From assembly GCA_050246755.1 (NCBI GenBank), contig JBFWVL010000001.1:1632001-1696000 (forward strand): a stretch of DNA of 64,000 nt. Reading direction: 5' to 3'. Source of the stretch: Bacteriovoracia bacterium. GTDB taxonomy: Bacteria > Bdellovibrionota > UBA1018 > CAIPTA01. Every line of letters starts with the position of its first letter. The stretch's first letter is position 1. Below the pieces are notes generated by a model, which saw nothing but the letters and a program-made list of their open reading frames with translations, did no database searches and had not been told where the DNA came from. Shown here piece by piece: positions 57,024-64,000 of the stretch. The translations under genes and the position numbers were made by a program.

Positions 57024-58907
57024 TTACTCGCCGCGTTTACCGAAGAGAGCCGTAACCTTGGAGCTAATTTTTTTGATGATAGCAGGGGCGGCTTTTTTCT
57101 TGCCAGCGAATTTCTCTTCGGCCGCGCGCAGCCCTTTATCGTAATCGCTCACGAAGCTCTTATACTCAGCAGCCGAACGATTTTTCGGTTTACCGGTGGC
57201 CATATCGTAAATCACCGGATTCCCGGTGAGGGGGGAAGGTAAGTCTGCGGGGGCTACTTTGGAAACGGAAGGTCCGTCGTAGTGCTCGCGTCCTCCACGG
57301 TCGCGTCCGCGTCCACGGTCACGGCCTCTGCCGCGGTCCCTGCCTTCGGGGCGGGGGCCACGGGCCGAGCGTTCGCCGCCCTCGGGAACCGGCATATCTT
57401 CCCGGGGAGCGCGCGGCTCACGGGCGCGGGGTAGCGGCATGGGTTCGCCGTCGGCGCGGGGAATAGGCAGGCTGCGGGGTGGCGGCGCTGCGTGGGCTAC
57501 GTCATCGGCACCTTCAGTAGAGGCTACGGCCGCATGGGGGCCGGTTCCGGGTGCATACACATCGCTGGCATGAGGCCGGCGTTCGGGTCTTGGGCCACGA
57601 TCTCCGCCACGGTCGCGTCCACCGCGAGATCCGCGATCGCCACCACGGCCAGCACCGCGGGGTCCACGATCCGGGCCACCGCGTCCGCCACGGGCCGGCG
57701 GCACTCCGCCAGATCCAACGGAAGATTCGTCTCCGCTTTCGTCGTCTTCTACTTCACCGCGTCCGGGCATTTTTACGTCCTTTGGAATTTCATCTTCATT
57801 GAGCCACTGCACGGGGATCTGCATCTTGAGGAATTCCTCGATGCGGATCTGGTTGTAGGCGTCTTCGGAACTGGAGATTGCTACGGCGATGCCGTGCTTG
57901 CCGGCGCGGGCCGTGCGGCCGATACGGTGCACGTAGGTGGCCGCTTCTTCGGGGAGGTGGTAGTTCACCACGAGGGAAATATTGTCTACGTCGAGACCGC
58001 GGGAAGCCACGTCGGTAGCCACGAGCGCCCGGAACTGGCCGGTCTTGAATCCCTGGATAATTTTATTCCGCTTTTCCTGGCGCATGAGGCTAGATAGGCC
58101 CTGCGCGGGAATTCCGTTTTTGGTGAGGAAGGCGGCAACCCACGGCACGCGTTCTTTGTAGTTCACGAACACGATGATGGTGCCGGCGTCGGGCGAATGC
58201 TTTTTGCAAACGGCCATGAGGGCGGCGGGTTTCTCGCGGTCGCCCACGTGGTAGAGAACCTGCTCGATCTTATCGGCGGTCATTTGGTCGCGGGACACGT
58301 TGATCTCTTGGGGATTTGCGCCGTACTCGTAGAGCATATTCAGCACGGAAAAATTCATCGTGGCGCTGAAGAGCAGGATCTGGCGCTTCGGATTCACCTT
58401 CGCGAGCACGTACTGCATATCTTTGATGAAGCCCATGTCGAACATGCGGTCGGCTTCGTCGAATACCAAGATATCTACTTTGGAAAGATCGAGGGCGCGC
58501 TCTTTGAACAAATCGATCACGCGGCCGGGAGTTCCAGCCACGAGGCGGGCGCCGTTCTGCAGGGATTTAATCTGGTCTTCGGAGCTCATGCCGCCCACGA
58601 TGGTCACGCTGCCCATGCCCATGCCCTTGGAAAGTTTTTCCGACTCCTCCATAATTTGCTGGGCAAGCTCGCGGGTGGGCGCAAGGAAGAGGGCCAAACG
58701 ATCCGGGCCTAATTGAGAAAGCCGGTGGATGGTGGGGATCAGGAAAGCGGCCGTTTTGCCGGTGCCGGTGCGCGAGAGTCCCGAAACATCTTTGCCTTCG
58801 AGCGCCATCGGCATCACTTGCACTTGGATATCGGTGGCCTGGGTATACCCCATGTTGGCAATATTGCTCATCAGGGTTTCGTGGAGCGAGAAGTCTGAAA
58901 AATTCAT
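57024..58907 (-). CDS. DEAD-box RNA helicase with RG-rich C-terminal tail
   Basis: Q-motif, GTGKT, PTRELA, DEAD, SAT, HRIGRTAR. Confidence 0.97.
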   Translation of the reverse strand: MNFSDFSLHETLMSNIANMGYTQATDIQVQVMPMALEGKDVSGLSRTGTGKTAAFLIPTIHRLSQLGPDRLALFLAPTRELAQQIMEESEKLSKGMGMGSVTIVGGMSSEDQIKSLQNGARLVAGTPGRVIDLFKERALDLSKVDILVFDEADRMFDMGFIKDMQYVLAKVNPKRQILLFSATMNFSVLNMLYEYGANPQEINVSRDQMTADKIEQVLYHVGDREKPAALMAVCKKHSPDAGTIIVFVNYKERVPWVAAFLTKNGIPAQGLSSLMRQEKRNKIIQGFKTGQFRALVATDVASRGLDVDNISLVVNYHLPEEAATYVHRIGRTARAGKHGIAVAISSSEDAYNQIRIEEFLKMQIPVQWLNEDEIPKDVKMPGRGEVEDDESGDESSVGSGGVPPARGGRGGPDRGPRGAGRGGDRGSRGGRDRGGDRGPRPERRPHASDVYAPGTGPHAAVASTEGADDVAHAAPPPRSLPIPRADGEPMPLPRAREPRAPREDMPVPEGGERSARGPRPEGRDRGRGRDRGRGRDRGGREHYDGPSVSKVAPADLPSPLTGNPVIYDMATGKPKNRSAAEYKSFVSDYDKGLRAAEEKFAGKKKAAPAIIKKISSKVTALFGKRGE

Positions 58908-59048
58908 TACGTTTCCGCCTAAGTAGCCTTATGGCGCGGCGCCTCTCGGGGGCCGCTTTCTCCTTGCAATACGCGGAGAATCAGGATTTTCTGAGCCTGG
59001 TCTACTATTGGTTCGTAGCACGAAATGGGTGAGAGGGGGAGAGTCATT

Positions 59049-59342
59049 ATGGCGATTCAGAGCCTATCGGAGAAAGAAATAGCCGCGCAGCTTCAGGAGG
59101 CCGCCCTCTGGAGGCGGGAGGGGCAGGAAATTAGCCGTACCTTCCAGCTCCCGACCTTTGCCGATTCTATCCAGTTCGTGGGTAAGATCGCCGCTTACGC
59201 CGATGCCGTAGACCATCATCCCGACATTTTGATTCAATACAATAAGGTTACCTTAACCCTCAGTACCCACGATGCGGGCGGGCTTACCAAAAAGGATTTC
59301 GATTCAGCCCAAAAGGCCGACGAGCTTTTTTCGCGATGCTAA
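59049..59342 (+). CDS. phhB: Pterin-4-alpha-carbinolamine dehydratase
   Basis: DHHPDI, V...LSTHDAGGLT..D. Confidence 0.95.
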   Translation: MAIQSLSEKEIAAQLQEAALWRREGQEISRTFQLPTFADSIQFVGKIAAYADAVDHHPDILIQYNKVTLTLSTHDAGGLTKKDFDSAQKADELFSRC

Positions 59343-61285
59343 AATCTAGACAACGGGTTTCCGGCTGGGCCCTCTACGCTTCGCCGCCGCTTTTACTGCT
59401 CACCCTCATCAATCTGTTTAACTATTTGGACCGCTATATCCTGGTGGCGCTCTCGCCCTCGATTAAAACAGATTTGAACCTAAGTGATACCCAAGTGGGT
59501 GGGCTTGCCACCGCCTTCATGATTTCCTATTTTCTCATTTCGCCGGCCTTTGGCTGGCTCGGAGACCGTAAGCCCCGCTATCGTCTTATGGCCCTGGGAG
59601 TAGCGCTCTGGAGCTTGGCCACCGTGGCTTCCGGGCTGGTGAAAGGTTTTGCGGCCCTGTTCTGGAGCCGGCTTTGCGTGGGGGTAGGAGAGGCAGCATA
59701 TGGCTCGATCGCGCCTTCCGTGCTCACCGATCTCTATCCTAAATCCATTCGCGGCAAGGTATTCGCTTTTTTCTTCATGGCCATTCCGGTGGGCTCCGCG
59801 CTGGGCTTTCTCCTCGGCGGATTGCTCGAGCAGCTATTTGGCTGGCGGCATGCATTTCTTCTGGCCGGGGTTCCCGGCTTGCTGCTGGCGGCTTCCTTGA
59901 TGCTTCTCACCGAGCCCAAGCGGGGTGCCCAGGACGCCGGGGAGCTGGTGAGTAAGCCCACCAAGCAGGATTATTTCGGCCTGCTCGGCAACCGCAACTA
60001 CGTGCTCACCGTGCTAGGTTATACGGCGTATACCTTCGTGGTAGGCGGAGTGGCCGTGTGGATTCCGCACTATATGGTTCGCTACCTCGGCGTTTCCGCG
60101 CCGGATGGGAATATGCGTTTCGGCACCGTAACCGTGATTGCCGGCTTCCTTGGTACTTTCATTGGCGGCGCCTGGGCCGACCGTTGGGCCGCGCGTAGCA
60201 CCGACGGCTACCTCAAGCTATCGGCGCTCTCTATGTTTGTGGCCCTGCCGATTTTTTTCGGCGTGCTCTCGGCGGAATCCTTCGGCACTTTCAGCCTCTG
60301 GGTTTTCGCCCTCGAGTTTCTTTTATTCCTCAGTACCAGCCCAGTGAACGCGCAAATCGTGAACTCGGTTTCGCCCAACCTCCGCGCTTCCGCGATGGCG
60401 GCCTCGATTTTCTGCATCCATATTCTGGGCGATGCCATCTCTCCCACGCTCGTGGGAAAAGTTTCGGATCTCGCCGAGCTCAAGGTGGGGATGCTGGTAT
60501 TCGCCCCTTTTATCCTGCTCTCCGGCGCATTTTGGGCCTGGAAGGTGATTTTCCAGTGGGAATGCCTGCCGTGGCCGGAGGGCGGTGTAGAGCTGCCAAA
60601 AATTCAGTGCCACCGCGGCTACGAGCAGGGAGGCGTTCAGGAAAATACCCTGGATTCCTTCCGGGCCGCTGCCCGCGCCGGCGCCGAGATGATCGAGCTC
60701 GATGTGCGTTTGTCGAAAGATGGCATTCCGGTAGTGGTGCACGATATCGATATCCAGCGGATCGCGAAGAGAGAGGGAATCGTATCCGCCCTCGATGCGG
60801 CCGAGCTTCTTAGCTACGCCAAAGTTCCCTCCCTCGCCGCTCTGCTGGCCGATCCTCAGTGCCTGGGCCTTAAGGTGAATATCGAGCTGAAAACCAATAG
60901 CGCCGGCGACAACGGCCTCGAAACCGCCGTGGCCGAAGCGGTAAAGGCGGCGAGGGCGGAAGGACGCGTGATGTTCTCCAGCTTCAATCCGCTCGCGTTG
61001 CGAAGAATGTCGAAGCGATTGCCCGAGGTTCCCCGCGCGCTCCTCGTTACCGAGGACACGGCCGACAAAGAGAATAAATTTTATTTACGTAAGGCGCTGC
61101 TCGCGTTCGTGGCAAGGCCTCACATGCTGAATTTCGATTGGCGCTTCTATACCGCCGCCCGGGCCGCACAATTCGCCGCCCGTAAGGTGCCGGTATCCTT
61201 GTGGACCGTGGAAGATGCGGCCCAGGCCAAAAAGCTCTTGGCTATGGGCGCTAAAAGTATTATTTCTCCTTTACCCAAATTATGA
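59336..61285 (+). CDS. Spinster-family MFS transporter fused to glycerophosphodiester phosphodiesterase
   Basis: INLFNYLDR, GVGEA, HILGDA.SP (Spns-type); HRG, ENT, ELDV, VVHD, ELK, SSF (GDPD), all in one frame. Confidence 0.9.
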   Translation: MLKSRQRVSGWALYASPPLLLLTLINLFNYLDRYILVALSPSIKTDLNLSDTQVGGLATAFMISYFLISPAFGWLGDRKPRYRLMALGVALWSLATVASGLVKGFAALFWSRLCVGVGEAAYGSIAPSVLTDLYPKSIRGKVFAFFFMAIPVGSALGFLLGGLLEQLFGWRHAFLLAGVPGLLLAASLMLLTEPKRGAQDAGELVSKPTKQDYFGLLGNRNYVLTVLGYTAYTFVVGGVAVWIPHYMVRYLGVSAPDGNMRFGTVTVIAGFLGTFIGGAWADRWAARSTDGYLKLSALSMFVALPIFFGVLSAESFGTFSLWVFALEFLLFLSTSPVNAQIVNSVSPNLRASAMAASIFCIHILGDAISPTLVGKVSDLAELKVGMLVFAPFILLSGAFWAWKVIFQWECLPWPEGGVELPKIQCHRGYEQGGVQENTLDSFRAAARAGAEMIELDVRLSKDGIPVVVHDIDIQRIAKREGIVSALDAAELLSYAKVPSLAALLADPQCLGLKVNIELKTNSAGDNGLETAVAEAVKAARAEGRVMFSSFNPLALRRMSKRLPEVPRALLVTEDTADKENKFYLRKALLAFVARPHMLNFDWRFYTAARAAQFAARKVPVSLWTVEDAAQAKKLLAMGAKSIISPLPKL

Positions 61286-62115
61286 ACTTTTCCGATCTTT
61301 TCCAAAGCCAGAGCGCCAAATCTACCCACCCCTGGATCGATTCGGTAAAATTCGAGCCCCTCTCTCAAAAGGAAGTGCTCGACGGAATCCTTGCCCGGGT
61401 CCGCGAAGAAGTGCGCGCCCGGATCAAACATGGCGGCAAACCCATCCAGGTGGTTTTCGATCTGGATTCCACGATCTTCGACGTAAAACCCCGCACCCTG
61501 CGCATCCTCAAAGAATTCGCGCGCACGCCCGAGGCCAGGAAGATCTCCGAAGAGATCGTGGGCTGGTGCTCCGGTCTCGAAGCCTTCAAACTGCTCTATA
61601 CCCTCGAAGAAAGCGCCCGTGCCAATCAGGTTCCCGGCGATGAGGCTACCGCCCGCGCCTTCCTCAAGCAGGCCTTCCGTTTTTGGCTCGATCGTTTTTT
61701 CACGCACCAGTACCTTAGCGTGGACGTGGCCACTCCGGGCGCCGTGGATTTTGTGAACCGTGTGGTAGACGAAGGGGCCCACGCCATTTACCTCACCGGC
61801 CGTGACTGGCCCGGGATGGGCCGCGGTACCCGCTCTATGCTGGAGCACTGCGGTTTTCCCACCGATCCTCGCTATACGAATTTGCTCATGAAGCCCAATG
61901 CCGGCCTCGACGACGCCGAGTTTAAGGACGACGCCCTTCGCCAGCTCCGGATCGACGGCAACGTGGTGGCCCTCTTCGATAACGAGCCCGCCAATTTCCA
62001 CGTATTCGAGAAGAATTTTCCCGAAGCCTGGCTCGTTCTCTACTATTCGAATTGCTCCACCAAGGAAGCCAAGCCGGTGAAGCGCATGTATAAGATCGAT
62101 AATTTCTTGTTCTAG
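61282..62115 (+). CDS. HAD-superfamily phosphatase
   Basis: FDLDSTIFD motif I, YLTGR, K, FDNE; ATGA overlap. Confidence 0.9.
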   Translation: MNFSDLFQSQSAKSTHPWIDSVKFEPLSQKEVLDGILARVREEVRARIKHGGKPIQVVFDLDSTIFDVKPRTLRILKEFARTPEARKISEEIVGWCSGLEAFKLLYTLEESARANQVPGDEATARAFLKQAFRFWLDRFFTHQYLSVDVATPGAVDFVNRVVDEGAHAIYLTGRDWPGMGRGTRSMLEHCGFPTDPRYTNLLMKPNAGLDDAEFKDDALRQLRIDGNVVALFDNEPANFHVFEKNFPEAWLVLYYSNCSTKEAKPVKRMYKIDNFLF

Positions 62116-62288
62116 GCAGATCGCGCCGCCGCGGTTTGCGCCTATCCAAACTTTCGACACCTGTTGAATTCCCTGCCCCTACTGTTTCTGTTTAGAGGAG
62201 ATGTCTCCGCGCGGAGACGGCTCGAGTTTTTACGCCTCTTTTCGTGGCCTTCCACGCCTCCTTTCACTTAGCGCTCTTTTGGGGCGGT

Positions 62289-62304
62289 TGGCACCGAGGG
62301 TGCA
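62289..62304 (+). promoter_or_regulatory. sigma54-type promoter
   Basis: TGGCACCGAGGGTGCA; upstream TGTCTCC-GCGC-GGAGACG (62202-62219). Confidence 0.65.
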
Positions 62305-62315
62305 GTTACCTTCAC

Positions 62316-62540
62316 ATGAAAACCTTTATGCCTCTTGTCATCGCTTCGATTCTGGCAGCCCTGTTCTCTATTTCCTCGGCCCAAGCCTTTGAGGAAAATG
62401 GAGCCGACGCCAGCGCTAGATCCCCCGGCTACCTCTCGGCTCCCGACCTGCCCGTAGCCGTTCCCGCTGAAACCGAGGTTCGCGCGGAAGACCTGAAAAC
62501 TTTTCAAGACAGTAGAGATACTCAATCGAAAGAGGAATAA
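62316..62540 (+). CDS. Small secreted hypothetical protein
   Basis: Signal peptide ending AQA. Confidence 0.6.
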   Translation: MKTFMPLVIASILAALFSISSAQAFEENGADASARSPGYLSAPDLPVAVPAETEVRAEDLKTFQDSRDTQSKEE

Positions 62541-62543
62541 TTT

Positions 62544-62858
62544 ATGAAGCCAATCAATGCCGTTATTTTGTCTGCAATTTTTTCCTTCGGTTTCCTCGCG
62601 GCCCAATCGGCGAAAGCCGAAATGAGCCAGGGTGCGGTAGAAACCGCGAAAGCCTGCGCCTATATGGGCGCCATTGGCGGAGCCGGTGCGCACGTTATTT
62701 TAGAAAGAAGCGCGTTGAAATACGCCGCCGTGGGATGCGCGGGTGCCGCCGCCGCCGTGGGGGGCTACAATTACCTGGCCATTCCCATCGAGGCTGACAC
62801 GCCCAAAGAATCCGAGCTCCAGGAAGAGCCGGAAAACCAGGAACCCGCTAGCGAATAG
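62544..62858 (+). CDS. Small secreted Gly/Ala-zipper protein
   Basis: RBS GAGG, signal peptide AKA, C..MGAIGGAG...AAVGCAGAAAAVGG. Confidence 0.7.
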   Translation: MKPINAVILSAIFSFGFLAAQSAKAEMSQGAVETAKACAYMGAIGGAGAHVILERSALKYAAVGCAGAAAAVGGYNYLAIPIEADTPKESELQEEPENQEPASE

Positions 62859-62883
62859 CGCCCTGGAAACAATTTAAAGATAG

Positions 62884-62907
62884 AGCCGGCACTAAGCCGG
62901 CTTTTTT
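62884..62907 (+). terminator. Intrinsic terminator
   Basis: AGCCGGC-ACTAA-GCCGGCTTTTTT. Confidence 0.85.
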
Positions 62908-62950
62908 CGTTTCTTCTTCCGTGTAAATGCAGGCTTAGTGGCCGGAATCC

Positions 62951-62978
62951 TTAGTTTTTCGGTGCTTTTTGTCGATAC
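62951..62978 (+). promoter_or_regulatory. sigma28/FliA-type promoter
   Basis: TTAG-N16-GTCGATAC, 8 nt before ATG 62987. Confidence 0.5.
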
Positions 62979-62986
62979 GGATAGTG

Positions 62987-64000
62987 ATGAACTCCGTGCC
63001 ACGCTTTTTTCTTGCTCTCTTGCTCGTGCTATTTTGCGCGAGCCCGTTGGCGCGCGCGCAGAACGAACTTAGCTGCGCAACCGCGTTCCGCAAAATGACT
63101 ACCACGCTCAAAGCGAACTGGCAGACCGTTCGCGGCAAGGCCACCCTAAATCTGGATCCCGAGTCTTTCGCGCTCTTCGAACGTGTGCGCTTAAATCCTG
63201 CCGCGGAAATTTCCACCACGGAGATGGAATTACTGCGCACGAACGGAAACGAAGAGCTGTTCCGCCGCTACCAAGAAGCGTCGGTGGCGTTGAAAAGCAT
63301 CAATCACTTCTACGCCGTGGCGGCGCGTTCCCGGCCGATGAAGAACCGAAGTTTCAGTTGGACGCGGGGAATGCTGGATTCTCTGCCCGCCGTTTTCGCG
63401 CCGGGCCTTCCGGTGGGGATTACCGGCCGGGCGAGACTGATTTATCAGCGTGCGCTCCGGAGCCCGGATTTCGTGCTTTCCGCGCAGGAAGAGGAATTTT
63501 TAAGAACCTGGAAGTTTTGGGAAGATTTCCAGCGCTTCAAGGCAGAGGGGCGCCGTTACCGGAAAGAATTTTTAACTTCGAACGCGGTCGGCAATATGAC
63601 CAATAACCTCCGCTGGGGTTGGATTGCTTCCGCGGGAGTGGGCGCGCCCCTTATTCCCTACCTAACGGCCGATCGGATTGGCTCTCCCGAAGAGCTGAAG
63701 GCCAGGGTAGAGGCCATCAAGGGCGGGGTGCAGCTTCTCGTGTCGGATAGCCCTACGAAAACGGTAATGCTTCGTACTGATACCGAAGGGGTGATGTTCG
63801 GCGGCGGGAAAGCAAAGTTCTACCGGGGAGAAAAGCTGAAGGAGCTGGAAGAGGAAATCGCGGCCGAGAGATTAGACTATAGCCGAATCGCATTCCGCGC
63901 CGATGCCGATGAGGCGAGGAGGGTGATGAAAGCCGCGAAGGAATTCGTTACCCGCACCCGCACCGGGGCGGATGGACAGAAAGAATTGGACGTCCGCGCT
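62987..64000 (+). CDS. Secreted hypothetical protein, 3'-truncated (absent from the ORF track)
   Basis: Manually translated open frame MNSVPRFFLALLLVLFCASPLARA-QNELSCATAFRK... with no stop to the window end. Confidence 0.8.
   Translation, partial: MNSVPRFFLALLLVLFCASPLARAQNELSCATAFRKMTTTLKANWQTVRGKATLNLDPESFALFERVRLNPAAEISTTEMELLRTNGNEELFRRYQEASVALKSINHFYAVAARSRPMKNRSFSWTRGMLDSLPAVFAPGLPVGITGRARLIYQRALRSPDFVLSAQEEEFLRTWKFWEDFQRFKAEGRRYRKEFLTSNAVGNMTNNLRWGWIASAGVGAPLIPYLTADRIGSPEELKARVEAIKGGVQLLVSDSPTKTVMLRTDTEGVMFGGGKAKFYRGEKLKELEEEIAAERLDYSRIAFRADADEARRVMKAAKEFVTRTRTGADGQKELDVRA

Noticed and set aside
57290-57700. Short GC-rich repeats as a repeat array
   Set aside because: They encode the RG/DRG low-complexity tail of the DEAD-box helicase
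1-64000. CRISPR array, rRNA, or intact transposase/integrase/prophage genes
   Set aside because: No regularly spaced repeats or diagnostic motifs seen by eye

Overview
Gene-dense bacterial window, moderately GC-rich. Gene families and the many signal-peptide hypothetical proteins suggest a predatory Bdellovibrionota-like genome (inference). The first ~5 kb is visibly more AT-rich and looks like a decayed integration hotspot: a tRNA-Glu T-arm fragment, three ACGCCATTTTT copies, clustered short repeats, and an HNH-DUF1817-like fusion gene. The rest mixes housekeeping genes (lnt, ung, pip, aconitase, queF, DEAD-box helicase, phhB, yciH) with many signalling genes (histidine kinases, HD-GYP, GGDEF, HDOD, sigma54 activator, ECF sigma, BlaI with an M56-SLT fusion). 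The most notable candidates are: (1) three unrelated signal-peptide-bearing atypical kinases (Fam20C/four-jointed-like, DUF2252-like, ABC1/UbiB) transcribed divergently from a secreted PTP-like protein (19.2-24.8 kb); (2) a tandem pair of secreted proteins with an ExoA/diphtheria-toxin-like ADP-ribosyltransferase signature behind a sigma28-type promoter (46.9-48.7 kb); (3) a Spinster-type MFS transporter fused to a glycerophosphodiesterase, followed by a HAD phosphatase; (4) a GGA-hairpin, CsrB-like RNA downstream of a diguanylate cyclase; (5) an unannotated 25-aa sORF with its own promoter. No complete tRNA, rRNA, CRISPR array or intact transposase/integrase was seen. All family calls come from motif recognition by eye; no database searches were run.
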